This document shows positions 37,962-49,200 of a stretch of 64,000 nucleotides of DNA, piece by piece. How positions within the stretch are numbered: the first letter of the stretch is position 1; the number at the start of each line of letters is the position of its first letter. Below the pieces are notes generated by a model. It searched no databases. It was given only the letters and a program-made list of their open reading frames with translations, and was not told the DNA's origin. The position numbers and the translations under genes are program-made. Origin of the DNA: Blastocatellia bacterium (lineage in GTDB: Bacteria; Acidobacteriota; Blastocatellia; UBA7656); NCBI GenBank assembly GCA_963765495.1, contig CAVXWP010000007.1:1-64000 (forward strand). Reading direction: 5' to 3'.

Positions 37962-38057
37962 CTTTCAGTCAATCGCTTCGCCACGACAGGCGGTTGCGGT
38001 AAGAATCGGCCCCGCCTTTGCCTTACCCCATTCGTGGTTTCGAGGCCCGATTCGCCC

Positions 38058-38297
38058 TCAATTCCGGGCTCTTTTTTTACTCTCCGACCAGGTGGCTTTA
38101 TAGCTGAGAAGTTCTCCGGGCTGGCAATTCAGCGCCTCACATATCTTGGCCAGAGTGTCAAAGCGAATGCTTGCCACCACTCCCCGATCCAGACGGCGCA
38201 AGGTCGAATAAGGAACCTTTGCCTCCTGTACAAGCCAGTAAAATGTCTGACCACGCCGTTCTAAAACCTCTGCCAGTTTTACCTCTATCAATCCCAT
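38058..38297 (-). CDS. Small XRE/Cro-type HTH regulator
   Basis: 79 aa, 'VPYSTLRRL', 'IRFDTLAKICEALNCQPGELL'; AGGAAGG SD before ATG 38297. Confidence 0.85.
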   Translation of the reverse strand: MGLIEVKLAEVLERRGQTFYWLVQEAKVPYSTLRRLDRGVVASIRFDTLAKICEALNCQPGELLSYKATWSESKKRARN

Positions 38298-38548
38298 AAT
38301 GCACCTTCCTGCCGGATTTCGTGTTTGAATCCGAGAGCCTGCTTCTTGATGTTGAATGTTCCGTCTGATGAATAGATGATTACAGCCCTGTGCGATCATA
38401 GCAACAGGAGACAGGAGAGAGCAACCAGTCCCCCGGTCGGATCAAATTTGTCTCAGAGACACAAATGCACAGAGAGTTTTTTGCAATCTCTTCTCTGTGT
38501 CTCTGTGACTCAGCGGCTAATCTGATATCTTACCGCCAAGGTTAAGGC

Positions 38549-38578
38549 TTGCGCCGCTCACAGACCATTTGATAATAT
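38549..38578 (+). promoter_or_regulatory. Candidate sigma70 promoter for the infC operon
   Basis: TTGCGC followed by TG-a-TAATAT (extended -10, 18-nt spacer), or GATAAT at a 16-nt spacer. Confidence 0.5.
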
Positions 38579-39000
38579 TGCAACTTGAGATTTGAAAGAG
38601 TGGGCCTGCGATTCATATTCATAAGGGCCTGCCGATCGTTATTTTGCGCCAGCTCCGGAAGACCCATGGCTGTCGTATCAGATAGACCGGGCGCTTTGCT
38701 CGAATGTCCGTCTGAGAATGCCGAGGGCGCTGACGTAAGATCCGACCAGTCGAGGAAGTTTCTAATAACAGTTGCCTACCAGTTTAAGGGTGGCACATGC
38801 TTGACGGCTCTCGTGAGCCGGGCGAGTCTATTGGCAATTACAGTCGGTATCGCAAGCGCGACCACGCCGCCAGAGTATTTGCATCGGTCTTGTGACCGAT
38901 CCGAGTCGGCTGATATTGAGAGTCGGCTGATGTTGAGACGTGGTTCCAGCTAAATTATTCATTGACGTATCCGGGTCGGGCCGGTACAGGAGGAGAAAAG

Positions 39001-39558
39001 ATTAGCAGCTATAAAGGGAGAAGGGGGTTTCGAGACAGGCGAGATCGTGGGCCATCGGTTCGAGTCAACGAGCGCATAAGAGCACGCGAGATTCGCGTGA
39101 TTGATGAGGACGGCTCGCAGCTGGGCATAATGTCGCCGCAGCAGGCGCTTGAAACAGCGCGCAGCAAGGGACTCGATCTGGTAGAAGTAGCGGCCCAGGC
39201 ACAGCCGCCCGTTTGCCGCATCATCAATTTCGGCAAATGGCAGTATGAGCAAAAAAAGAAGGCCAAGGAAGCCAAAGCCAAGCAGACCTATATCACGGTC
39301 AAAGAGATCAAATTCAGACCCGGCACAGACGAACACGATTATATGTTCAAGAAGAATCACGCCGAGCGCATCTTGCAGGAAGGCGACAAGGTCAAAGGCA
39401 CGGTCCATTTTCGCGGACGCGAGATAACACACAAAGACCTTGGAATAGCTTTGCTCAAGCGTCTGGAAGAGGATCTGGCCGAGGCAGGCACGGTCGAGGT
39501 GAGGCCAAAACTCGAAGGGATGAACATGTTTATCATCCTGGCCCCCAAGAAGAAATAA
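39001..39558 (+). CDS. infC: Translation initiation factor IF-3 (ATT start)
   Basis: '[13 protein letters not shown]', 'LDLVEV...PPVCRI', 'KEIKFRP', 'FRGRE'. AGGAGG SD precedes an in-frame ATT at 39001. Confidence 0.96.
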   Translation: MSSYKGRRGFRDRRDRGPSVRVNERIRAREIRVIDEDGSQLGIMSPQQALETARSKGLDLVEVAAQAQPPVCRIINFGKWQYEQKKKAKEAKAKQTYITVKEIKFRPGTDEHDYMFKKNHAERILQEGDKVKGTVHFRGREITHKDLGIALLKRLEEDLAEAGTVEVRPKLEGMNMFIILAPKKK

Positions 39559-39580
39559 TCTTTTAGAAGCAGGAGGAATA

Positions 39581-39787
39581 ATGCCAAAACTGAAGACGCA
39601 CAAGGGAGCAGCAAAACGGTTTCGCATAACGGCTACAGGCAAGATCAAGCGAGGGCATTCACATGCCCGCCACATTCTGACCAAGAAAACCGCCAAGCGG
39701 AAACGTATGCTCGACATCGATGTTCTGGTGGCGGAAGCGGATGTGCCACTGGTAAAGAGAATGCTTCCCTACGGCCGCCGAGATTAA
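39581..39787 (+). CDS. rpmI: 50S ribosomal protein L35
   Basis: '[19 protein letters not shown]', 'HILTKK'; located after infC. Confidence 0.97.
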   Translation: MPKLKTHKGAAKRFRITATGKIKRGHSHARHILTKKTAKRKRMLDIDVLVAEADVPLVKRMLPYGRRD

Positions 39788-39871
39788 TTCTGTAGAGATA
39801 TAGTTTATTGGGATGTCACGGCGCGCAAACATGTAGGGCCGAAAACTTTATGACATCCGTCAGGAGGAATC

Positions 39872-40255
39872 ATGCCTCGAGCTAAACGTGGAAACAAACG
39901 TCTACATAAGAGGAAAGGTATTTTAAAGCTGGCCCGTGGCTATCGCGGGACCAAGAGCAAGCTCTACCGTCATGCCAAAGAGCAGGTTGAGCGATCACTG
40001 AATTTCGCCTTTACCGGGCGCAAACTGAAGAAGCGGGATTTTCGCTCGTTGTGGATAGTTCGCATAGGCGCGGCAGCGCGCGAAAACGGAATGAGCTATA
40101 GCCAGTTCATGTACGGGTTGAAGCTTGCCGGCATCAATCTTGATCGCAAGGTCCTTGCCGACCTCGCCGTCAACGAACCGGCCACCTTCACCGAAATCAC
40201 AGGCAAAGCCAAAGAGGCTATCGAATCCAATCAATCGGCGGCTCCCGCTGCCTGA
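39872..40255 (+). CDS. rplT: 50S ribosomal protein L20
   Basis: 'ARGYRG', '[13 protein letters not shown]', 'SYSQF', '[10 protein letters not shown]'. Confidence 0.97.
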   Translation: MPRAKRGNKRLHKRKGILKLARGYRGTKSKLYRHAKEQVERSLNFAFTGRKLKKRDFRSLWIVRIGAAARENGMSYSQFMYGLKLAGINLDRKVLADLAVNEPATFTEITGKAKEAIESNQSAAPAA

Positions 40256-40286
40256 AAGTGGCCGTAAATCGGCAAAACGGAGCAAG

Positions 40287-40318
40287 AGAGGCGTAGCCCC
40301 TGCTACGCCTCTACTTTT
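40287..40318 (+). terminator. Intrinsic terminator-like hairpin after rplT
   Basis: agaggcgtagc-ccct-gctacgcctct, an 11-bp stem followed by acttttg. Confidence 0.7.
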
Positions 40319-40341
40319 GCTACACCTCTATTTTTGCGCGT

Positions 40342-41367
40342 ATGGATGAGAATCTTAATAAGCTTAGAACAGAGTTTTTCGACGACCTGAGCGTGGTCTC
40401 AAACGCCGAGGGTCTCACAGCCCTTCGCGATAAGTATCTGGGTCGAAAGTCGGGGCTGATCGCCGCTGAAAAGAAGCGCATTGGGGCGCTTCCGCCCGAT
40501 GCGCGCGCCGCCTTTGGCCATCGCGTAAATGAGCTTGGCGCTGAGGTCGAAGCGGAAATCCTTCGGCTCAGTGAGCGGTTCGCCGCCGAAGCAGAAGCCG
40601 AAACCCTAGGGCGCGAGCAGATAGATGTGACACTGCCCGGAACCCGTCCGCGCCAGGGACATCTGCATCCGATCACGCTCGTTCGCCAGCGGATCGAAGA
40701 TGTCTTTGTTTCAATGGGCTATTCGGTCGAAGACGGCCCGGAAATCGAGACGAGTTTTTACAACTTTGACGCGCTCAATATTCCGCCCGGACACCCGGCG
40801 CGGGATTCCGCCGATACGTTTTACGTCTCGACCGATCTGGCCTTGAGATCACAGACCTCAAACGTCCAGATACACGCCATGCAGCAGCTAAAGCCGCCGC
40901 TTCGCGTAATAGCTCCGGGCCGCGTATTTCGCCGCGACACGCCCGACCCCACGCATAACCCTATGTTCTTTCAGGTAGAGGGGCTGAACGTGGACCGCCA
41001 TATTACGCTGGCCGATTTGAAAGGCACTATCCAGAAGTTTGTCGAGATGATGTTCGGGGCAAATCTTCGCACGCGTTTCCGGCCTTCCTACTTCCCGTTT
41101 GTAGAGCCCGGCGCGGAAGTGGATTTCAGTTGCTTTGTCTGCGGGGGGCTGGGTTGCCGCGTATGCAAGGGATCGGGCTGGATAGAGCTTGGCGGAAGCG
41201 GCATGGTGCATCCAAACGTGCTCGAAGCCGTGGGGATTGACCCGGAAGAGTTCTCAGGCTTCGCATTCGGGCTTGGCATAGACCGCATGGCCGCGCTTAT
41301 GTATAACATTGACGACATCCGGCTGCTTTATGAGAATGATGTCCGATTCCTCGAGCAGTTCGCCTGA
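40342..41367 (+). CDS. pheS: Phenylalanine--tRNA ligase alpha subunit
   Basis: 'GHLHPI', 'NFDALN..HPARD..DTF', 'LRSQTS', '[12 protein letters not shown]', '[10 protein letters not shown]'. Confidence 0.98.
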   Translation: MDENLNKLRTEFFDDLSVVSNAEGLTALRDKYLGRKSGLIAAEKKRIGALPPDARAAFGHRVNELGAEVEAEILRLSERFAAEAEAETLGREQIDVTLPGTRPRQGHLHPITLVRQRIEDVFVSMGYSVEDGPEIETSFYNFDALNIPPGHPARDSADTFYVSTDLALRSQTSNVQIHAMQQLKPPLRVIAPGRVFRRDTPDPTHNPMFFQVEGLNVDRHITLADLKGTIQKFVEMMFGANLRTRFRPSYFPFVEPGAEVDFSCFVCGGLGCRVCKGSGWIELGGSGMVHPNVLEAVGIDPEEFSGFAFGLGIDRMAALMYNIDDIRLLYENDVRFLEQFA

Positions 41368-41471
41368 TGCGAAACGTGACGCGTGATGCGTGATGAGTGA
41401 TTTTCTGGTTGTTGAAAGTTCACCAGCCACTTGCTCGCCTCCCGGATCACGCATCACAGATCACGCATCAC
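41367..41471. repeat. Heptamer-arm palindromic element, core type 2
   Basis: gtgatgc units + core ttttctggttgttgaa..accagccacttgctc + catcacg units. The same core occurs at 49415-49538. Confidence 0.8.
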
Positions 41472-41485
41472 TTCTGATTTAACCG

Positions 41486-43213
41486 ATGCCTGACAACGCA
41501 AATCAATCTTCAGACGAAACGGTTTTGATACTGGGAGGGGCGGGTCTGGTCGGTATGCAGGTAGCCCATCAGGTGGCTCGCGATCTGCGCCCTCAGAAAG
41601 TGGTCATCGCCTCGCTCTATCATAAAGAGGTGCGAGAGATAGTCCACGAACTGAGAAAAGAGTTCCACGCCGTCGAGTTTGTAGAGCTTTGGGGCAACCT
41701 CTTTGTCAGAACCGAATTTGCCAGGGAGGACCGGGGCGAGTTGATCGCAAGCCCTGCCAGAAGGCGCGCTATTTACGAAGATTTGCTTGGACCGCTAAAT
41801 GATGCCTACGAGAAATCGATGCTCGTTGCCGCGATACGCCAGCATCGCCCCAACATCCTGATCGACTGCGTCAACACCGCTTCCGGCATCAGCTATCAGG
41901 ATGTTTACACCAACTCAATCGAGGCGCGAAAGGGACTCGACCTTATCGAAGAGTGCGTCAAAGACCGCGACTTCAAACAGATATGGGGCAATCGCAAATC
42001 GCTCGAACGCACCTTCGAAACCCTGCTTGTTGCGCAATCAATCCCACAACTGATCCGGCACACTCAGTTGCTCTATCGCGCTATGGTCGAAGCGGGCACG
42101 CGCATCTATGTCAAAGTAGGCACTACGGGCACGGGCGGCATGGGATTGAACATCCCTTACACTCACGGCGAAGACAAGCCCTCGCCTCAATTGATGTCGA
42201 AGACGGCTGTCGCCTTCGCTCATACGGGGCTGATGTTTTTGATGGCTCGCACACCCGACGGACCTATTGTGAAAGAGGTCAAACCCGGCGCGATGATCGG
42301 TTATAAGAAAGTCACATACCAGTCGCTCAAGAATCGCCGCGACAACTCTTCGGTTCCGATGTATGCGCCACGCTCTCAATCGCTCGACGGAGAGCTTGCG
42401 CTCGCGCTGCCTAAAGAGAGCTTCAATCGTCTGGGCGAGCTTGAGATGGTAGGCGTAGACACGGGCGAGAACGGCTTTTTCGCTCGCGGGGAATTTGAAG
42501 CCGTTACTTCCATCAACCAGATGGAGTTTGTGACCCCCGAAGAGATAGCCCGCAACGTGGTGCTTGAGATCAAGGGCAGCAACACCGGGGTTGATGTGAT
42601 CGCCGCCATCGACAGCGCCATCATGACGCCGAGCTATCGCGCAGGCTACCTGAGAGGTTCGGCCATTGAAGCCATGAGGCGGCTGGAACGCGAGACGGGT
42701 TCTCATTCGATAGCCACGGGCGAGCTTGGGCCGCCGAAGCTTACAAAGCTGCTTTATGAAACCCATCTGTTAAAGCAGAAGTACCACATGCTTCAGGCGG
42801 TCGTCGAACGCGACGCCGAAGAGATTTCACTTGCGCTCTGGCGCTACCTCCAGCGCAATCAGAATCTGCGAAATACAATCATCTCGATAGGCATTCCGAT
42901 ACTCCCGCCCGATGGTGTGCGATTGATTCGCGGGCCTCACATCAGAGTGCCCGAATACGCGGGCGAGCCTAAACTTGATGTCACCGCCCCGGCTATAGAA
43001 CAATGGGCCGAGCGCGGATGGATTGACCTGAGAGCCAAAAACATCGAACGCTGGCAGGACCGTTTCCGGCGAATGCTGCGCTCGGCGCAGATGATTCATC
43101 GCCAGGGCTCGGCCGGGATCACTATGGAAGCCTACCGCAGCGAAGATATAAGAATCGGCGAAGTGGTGGGCTGGATTTTCAACAACGAAGAAGAGGGTTA
43201 CAGGATCAAATGA
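41486..43213 (+). CDS. Uncharacterised Rossmann-fold (NAD(P)-binding, SDR-like) protein between pheS and pheT
   Basis: 575 aa; N-terminal '[10 protein letters not shown]', glycine-rich '[18 protein letters not shown]', 'DTGENG'. Its stop overlaps the pheT start (ATGA). Confidence 0.8.
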   Translation: MPDNANQSSDETVLILGGAGLVGMQVAHQVARDLRPQKVVIASLYHKEVREIVHELRKEFHAVEFVELWGNLFVRTEFAREDRGELIASPARRRAIYEDLLGPLNDAYEKSMLVAAIRQHRPNILIDCVNTASGISYQDVYTNSIEARKGLDLIEECVKDRDFKQIWGNRKSLERTFETLLVAQSIPQLIRHTQLLYRAMVEAGTRIYVKVGTTGTGGMGLNIPYTHGEDKPSPQLMSKTAVAFAHTGLMFLMARTPDGPIVKEVKPGAMIGYKKVTYQSLKNRRDNSSVPMYAPRSQSLDGELALALPKESFNRLGELEMVGVDTGENGFFARGEFEAVTSINQMEFVTPEEIARNVVLEIKGSNTGVDVIAAIDSAIMTPSYRAGYLRGSAIEAMRRLERETGSHSIATGELGPPKLTKLLYETHLLKQKYHMLQAVVERDAEEISLALWRYLQRNQNLRNTIISIGIPILPPDGVRLIRGPHIRVPEYAGEPKLDVTAPAIEQWAERGWIDLRAKNIERWQDRFRRMLRSAQMIHRQGSAGITMEAYRSEDIRIGEVVGWIFNNEEEGYRIK

Positions 43214-45258
43214 AGATCAGTTATAACTGGCTGGGTGAGCTTGTCACGCTCACGCTTAATCCGAAGGAACTGGCAGAAAGACTCACGATGGTGGGGCTTG
43301 CGGTCGAATCCGTAGAAAAGTTGGGCGCGGATCATATTCTCGATTTAGACCTGACCTCCAATCGCCCTGACGCGCTTTCGCATCTCGGCATCGCGCGCGA
43401 GGCGGCGCTTGTGTGCGGCACCGATTTGAAGCCTCTCAACTCGGCGATTACGGAAAGCGACGAAGAGAGCAGTGATGTCGCTTCTGTTGAGATACTCGAT
43501 ACGGACCTCTGCCCGCGATACACGGCGCGCATTATCCGGGGAGTCAAGGTAGGGCCTTCTCCGAAGTGGCTTGTCGAGCGTCTTGAATCAATCGGCCAGC
43601 GGTCGGTAAACAATATCGCGGATATAACCAACTATGTGATGTTCGAAATGGGGCAGCCCACGCACGCGTTTGATTTTAATCTGCTGAATGGCCGCCGCAT
43701 CGTCGTGCGCCGCGCTCGCGCGGGCGAACAACTCACTACGCTTGACGGGTTCACTCGCGAGTTGCGGCCTGAGATGCTTGTCATCGCAGATGGTGATCGC
43801 GCGGTTGCGATGGCGGGCATCATGGGCGGCGAAGCGACCGAGATCAGCGCCTCGACTACGGATGTGCTGCTTGAAAGCGCCTACTTCAATCCGAGGTCGG
43901 TCAGACAGACGGCACGCGCTCTGGGGCTCGACACCGAAGCCTCTTACAGATTCGAGCGTGGAGCCGACTTTGAAGCTCAGGCGCGGGCTGCCGATCGCGT
44001 AGCTCAGTTGATAGCCGAGATTGCCGGAGGCCGGATACTAAAAAGCATCATAGACGTTTATCCGGCGAAGATCATGCGCGACCCTGTGGCTTTGCGAGAG
44101 TCGCGCATCAAGCGGCTTACGGGGCTTACGGTTGACATCGGGAAAGCCGCCCACATTTTGCGCGGGCTTGAATTTGAAGTCGAGCTTCTGGCCGACAAAA
44201 AAGAACTGCTTGCGATGCCGCCCTCATTTCGCATAGACATATTCCGCGAGGAAGATCTTGTAGAGGAGGTCGCCCGCCATGTGGGTTACGATCTGATAGA
44301 CGTGACCTTGCCCGCGTGGAGCGGGCAGGGCAGCTATCTGCCCGGGGATGCCAGCCGCCGAAAGGTTCGCCGGGCGCTTGCAGGGCTGGGTTTCGATGAG
44401 GCAATCTCTTTCAGCTTTGTAAATCCCGCGCACGACCGTATCTTCAGCGGCGAAGATAAATCGGCTCTCACGCTCGCAAATCCGATTGACGTGAGCGAAG
44501 ATGAGATGCGAGGCTCCATCATCACGGGACTGGTCGAAGCTTTGCAGGCGAATTTCAATCAGGGCCGCCGCGATGTGAGGCTGTTTGAACTGGGCCGCGT
44601 CTTTCGCGCGACGAAGGAGGGAGAGCGCCCGCTTGAGCGCGAGCGGCTGGCCCTGATTATGTCGGGCGCAATTCAGCCTGATGATTGGCGGGGCGCGCGG
44701 CAGGTCGATTTTTATGATCTGAAAGGCGCGATTGAAACCATTTTAGGAACTCTTAACATATCAGGCTTTACAATTGAGCGAGCCGGTGTAGAATACCTGC
44801 ATCCCGGACAGTCGGCGGTGCTTCAAAGGGACGGCGAGGAAGTAGCGAGGTTTGGCCGCCTGCATCCGCGAGTGGCCGCGCTTTACAAGTTCCGGCAGCC
44901 TGTCTATGTCGCAGAGATCGAGTTAGAGATGCTGCTCGAACTTTCGCCCGATCAGGTCCGCTACAGCGCGTTGCCCCGGCTTCCATCCGCCTCGCGCGAT
45001 GTCTCGGCGCTTGTGTCTGAAACAACCTCGTGGGGCGATATTGAACGGGTCATAGGCGAACTCGGCATCAGCGAAATCGTTTCGGTCAAGCTCTTCGACA
45101 TGTACAGAGGCAAGGGGATGGAAGAGGGCGTTCGCTCGCTTGCCTTCCGCGTGACCTATCGAGGAGTAGGCCGCACGCTCACGGATGAAGATGTTTCCAG
45201 CATGCACGAGCGGGTGACCGAGACGTTGCGAAATCGCTTTGGCGCTCAACTTCGCTAA
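43210..45258 (+). CDS. pheT: Phenylalanine--tRNA ligase beta subunit (short form without the B2 OB-fold)
   Basis: 'MKISYNWL', '[16 protein letters not shown]', 'ASYRFERG', '[10 protein letters not shown]', FDX-ACB '[17 protein letters not shown]'. Confidence 0.97.
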   Translation: MKISYNWLGELVTLTLNPKELAERLTMVGLAVESVEKLGADHILDLDLTSNRPDALSHLGIAREAALVCGTDLKPLNSAITESDEESSDVASVEILDTDLCPRYTARIIRGVKVGPSPKWLVERLESIGQRSVNNIADITNYVMFEMGQPTHAFDFNLLNGRRIVVRRARAGEQLTTLDGFTRELRPEMLVIADGDRAVAMAGIMGGEATEISASTTDVLLESAYFNPRSVRQTARALGLDTEASYRFERGADFEAQARAADRVAQLIAEIAGGRILKSIIDVYPAKIMRDPVALRESRIKRLTGLTVDIGKAAHILRGLEFEVELLADKKELLAMPPSFRIDIFREEDLVEEVARHVGYDLIDVTLPAWSGQGSYLPGDASRRKVRRALAGLGFDEAISFSFVNPAHDRIFSGEDKSALTLANPIDVSEDEMRGSIITGLVEALQANFNQGRRDVRLFELGRVFRATKEGERPLERERLALIMSGAIQPDDWRGARQVDFYDLKGAIETILGTLNISGFTIERAGVEYLHPGQSAVLQRDGEEVARFGRLHPRVAALYKFRQPVYVAEIELEMLLELSPDQVRYSALPRLPSASRDVSALVSETTSWGDIERVIGELGISEIVSVKLFDMYRGKGMEEGVRSLAFRVTYRGVGRTLTDEDVSSMHERVTETLRNRFGAQLR

Positions 45259-45262
45259 CGCA

Positions 45263-45348
45263 TTTTTAAGTTTTGAGTTTTAAGTTTTGAGTTTTGAATT
45301 TTTGGATCGGACAACGTGAACTCAAAACTCAAAACTCAAAATTCAGAA
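45263..45348. repeat. Heptamer-arm palindrome (TTTTGAG)n ... (CTCAAAA)n
   Basis: ttttaagttttgagttttaagttttgagttttgaa...aactcaaaactcaaaactcaaaattcagaa. Confidence 0.85.
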
Positions 45349-45370
45349 CTTGATAGAAGGGGAGGATTCG

Positions 45371-45652
45371 GTGAGCGGAATATACGGATTGGAAAAATTC
45401 TCGCACCTGGAAGATAAGATCTACCGCACGATAGAGCAGTTCAAGCGGGAGCGCCAGGAACGCGAATCCCTTGAACGCGAGGTGAACAGCCTGCGGCGCG
45501 AGGTGAGCCAGCTCAGCGACGAAAAAGAGCGACTCGAATTACAGGTCGAGCGTCTGCTGAACGAGCGCGATACGATCAAGCTCAAGGTCGAAGCGATGCT
45601 TGATGCCATCGCCGTGCTCGATCTTGAGTCTCTCGAAGCGACTAAGAAATAA
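45371..45652 (+). CDS. Coiled-coil protein, ZapB-like
   Basis: Heptad-rich ('FSHLEDKI...LEREVNSL...ERDTIKLKVEAML'), GGAGG SD before GTG, and located upstream of zapA. Confidence 0.75.
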   Translation: MSGIYGLEKFSHLEDKIYRTIEQFKRERQERESLEREVNSLRREVSQLSDEKERLELQVERLLNERDTIKLKVEAMLDAIAVLDLESLEATKK

Positions 45653-45709
45653 CCCCTTTATTAGTGAGTCTGAGTTCCTGAAACTCGGCTGGCCAGAGAG
45701 CGCAAGAGA

Positions 45710-46027
45710 ATGGATAACAATCCGAGCCAATCTCACAGGGTCGTGATCTACAATCAGACCTATAATCTTCGCAGCGATCACGACTCCGAATATATTCAAA
45801 AGCTGGCCGACCATGTTGACCAGCACATGAATAGAATCGCAAGCGCCACGATGACCGTAGACTCGCTGCGCGTAGCTATACTGGCCGCGCTACAGATTGC
45901 AGACGAGTTGTATCAGGCGCGCAACCAGATACAGCAAACCGAAGAAGAGATAGCCGAGCGCAGCAGCAAATACGCCGAACTGCTCGATCAGTTCCTCCGC
46001 CAGGGCGCATCCGAACCCGGCAAATAA
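45710..46027 (+). CDS. zapA: Cell division protein ZapA
   Basis: 'VVIYNQTYNL', 'LADHVDQHM..I', 'VAILAALQIADEL'. Confidence 0.93.
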   Translation: MDNNPSQSHRVVIYNQTYNLRSDHDSEYIQKLADHVDQHMNRIASATMTVDSLRVAILAALQIADELYQARNQIQQTEEEIAERSSKYAELLDQFLRQGASEPGK

Positions 46028-46094
46028 ACTTTGTTTTATTCGGCTCTGACCCCAAATCCATTCAGATTTCCAAAATGCAGGTTGGAGAGTTGTA

Positions 46095-46196
46095 AATAAC
46101 CAGCCGATGACGCGGATCGGGCGGATCGACGCGGATTAGATCATATAAGTTCAGATCCGCGAAAATCCGTCGCATCCGCGGCCGTCCTGGCCTATT
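46095..46196. repeat. Degenerate copy of the AATAGGCC palindromic element
   Basis: Right arm atccgtcgcatccgcggccgtcctggcctatt; the left flank (agatttccaaaatgcaggttgga) also resembles 57792-57822. Confidence 0.75.
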
Positions 46197-46209
46197 CCCA
46201 TTGCCCTGT

Positions 46210-49200
46210 TCACGTCCTTTTCATTTCAACTCCGTCTTCGCTTTGCGAGTTCACCGTGCTCGTCTTCCTGCGAAGCGTAAAGAGTGTCTCTCCCGTCGGG
46301 CGTTTGTGCCAGCCGACATCGGCTTCGATCAGACTTGCGCGCGAGCGGATGTTACTCAAACCCCGTCCGGTGAGCGTGGCATTGCTCGACGGGACGAAAC
46401 CACCCCCGTCGTCCTCAAGCTCAAGCAGGAAATCGCCTTCCGGTTCGATTGCGATCCGAAGCCGAACACGCCTCGCGCTTGAATGACGGCAGATGTTGCT
46501 CACCGCTTCCTGCACTATGCGATAGATTTGAATCTGGACAGCCGGGGTGATTTTCAATCTCTCTTCCAGATTATCTTCCGAGGTGAATTCATAATCGAAC
46601 TGTCGCTCGACCGGCAGATGAGCCACCGCGTCTGCGAGCGCCCATTCGAGCGCCGCCGCAAGCCCCACGTTTGCAAGCACGGAAGGGCTCAGGTCTTCGC
46701 ATATACGGCGAATTTCGTTGGAAATGGATTGTATCTCGCCCCGGAACTCTGCCGGGGTGATCTGTTTATGACCGTTTGTGGATTTGCCTGCGGGCAATTC
46801 GTCCGTGAGCAGGAGCAATCGGCGAAGGTCCGCAAGCGTCTGGTCGTGGAGGTCGCGGGCTATGCGGCGGCGTTCGGTTTCGGTCTCCGTAGCCAGTTGC
46901 ATGCGAGTCCGTCCAAGCTGGCTGTTTGCCACGGCGAGCGCGTCGTTTGTTCTGGCAAGCCTTCTATTCTGTCGCGACCCCCACCAGACGGCTATCAGTG
47001 CCAGGGTGAGCAACACCGAAAGCGCCATCGTGGTCCAGGGAAAGGGCGCGCTTGCTACCGTGAATTCGAGCATTAGCGGCTCGCTCGCTACAAGATCGCT
47101 GGTGTAGGCGTGGGCCATGATTTTATAGCGACCGGGGCGCAGATTTTCCACGAGCATTTGGGAGTCGCGCGCGAGCTTTTGCCTTATCAATTTCCCGCTG
47201 GCATCAAGCAGCGAAAACGAATACTGAAACTGCTCGGGAAAGGTCCGACTGCTTGTCGCCGCCACATCAATCGCAAGGCTGTTTTGCGGGTATTCCAGAC
47301 TCAGCCCCTCGCGTATCTCTTCGGGCTGATATACGCGCTTGCCCATCACGCGAGTTATCTTGAGCGGCGGAGCCGCTTGCCCGGGTTCGTATCTCACAAC
47401 GCCCCGGCTCGTGGCTATCCATAATGTCCGGCCGTGCGGCTGACGGGGCGCGGTCAGCACGGCGAACACGTTTTCGGAAGGAAGCCCCTGTTCCCCGTCC
47501 ATCTGCGCGATGACCTGGTTGCCCTGTTTATCAATCAACACGCGAAACAATCCGCCGCCCACCGAGGCGCACCAGAGCGATGCTTTATCATCATCATCAA
47601 GGGCGAGGCTTCTAATGTCGTTCGATTCGATGACGGCGCTCAACTCTCCCGCTTTCAAAGCGTAAAGCCCCCGCGATGTGCCAAGCCACAAATAATCATC
47701 GCTCTTGCCTTCGATTGCCCAGACCGTGTTGCCTTTGAGTTGATCGAAGGCGGGCGCGGGCTGCACCTGTCGGCCGTCGAATAGAAAGAGGCCCGCTTCG
47801 GCAGTGCTTATCCAGAGCCTCGCAGGTCCATCGGCGTGCAGGGCGACTACCCGACGCTCTCTCTCGTCGTCGTCGTCCGGCGGCCATACAAGGGCACGGT
47901 TCGATCCATCTATGCGCTCAAGCCCGTGCCCGAAACTCGCGATATAGGTCACGCCCTGAAAAATGCAAACGGCTCGAACGCTGTCGCCTCCAGAAGCGAC
48001 GGGTGGATTTGATTCGACACGTTCGAAGGCGCGTTTGTCTGTAGCAATGATCGAATCAGCAAGCTCTGAAAGGCGGGTGTTTCGTTTTTCATATGAATGG
48101 TTGGTAACATAGAGTCCCCACGCGGTCCCTACGAGCAGGCGGCCTTCCAGGTCTTCGCCTATCGAATGTATGACCTTATCTTGAAAGGCTTCGACAGGGT
48201 TCCACGGCGAGGAGGGATTGCTCTTAACAAACAGCCCGGAACTGGTGCCGCACCACATGGCCCCGTCTGATGATTGAAACAGGGCGCGAGCGAAATTGCT
48301 TTTCGCAGAGATGCCCGGAAGCTCCACGCGCAGGCCGTGAGGGTCGTACCGGCAGACGCCCCCGTCCGTGCCGAACCAGACTACATCTTCACGGTCAACG
48401 AAGACGGTGTAGACGTGATTCGAGCGCATCCCGCCAGCCGTGTTCTCGAATGTAAAATGTTCGAGCCTGTCGAGTGAGACCGAGTTTTGCTGTCGCCGGT
48501 CTTGCTGATAATAGAAGGCCCCGTCCTCATCCGTGCCTATCCACATACGGCCCGTGGAGTCAAACTTAATCGCCGTGATGGTGCCGGTGTCGGTGCCCAT
48601 CTTTTCAGGGCGGGCAAGGTTGCCGCTTTCAAAGAGGCCGCTGTCTCTGGCCGTCGTCTGGGCGCCAAACCACATTCGCCCGTGCGGATCGACCTCGATT
48701 GCCTCTACGAAAAAGGCGCGCGGGTGGCTCAGGATTTCTTTCACCTCGCCTCGTTCGATTGCGAGCAATCCCCGGCTGCGTGTGCCTGCAATCAGAGTCT
48801 CGCCAATCAAGGCAAGGCTCGTGAGGGGAAGCGGTCGGCCGCCGCCTGAATCAATTCTCAAAAGCGAATGATCTTTTGGCTCGATGGTCTGAACCGCGAG
48901 GGTGCCATCCGCGATTGTCGAGCAATCAAAGATCACGCCTTCGCGGCTTGCCATCACTGCGCGCCCTTCGGCGGGAGTGATGATCGAGGTCACGGCCTTG
49001 CCCGATGTTTCGGGGATCAACTCAAATCGCTCATCGATCAATCGAGCCGCGCCCGAGTCGGTTCCTATCCAGAGCACTCCATCGGGTGCGAACCGAAGCG
49101 CGAGCACGCGATTTGCGGCAGGCCCTTCTGCCGCGATTTTTTGAATGCGGCGACCATCGTAACGCGCAAGCCCGCTGTCGGTCCCAAACCACATCACCCC

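Noticed and set aside
38585-38953. 122-aa ORF upstream of infC
   Set aside because: It has a TTG start without an SD and no recognisable motifs; the region is better explained as an untranslated leader.
46028-46209. 6S RNA, often found downstream of zapA
   Set aside because: The space is occupied by a copy of the AATAGGCC repeat family, and I see no 6S-like long rod with a central bubble. An Rfam scan would settle it.
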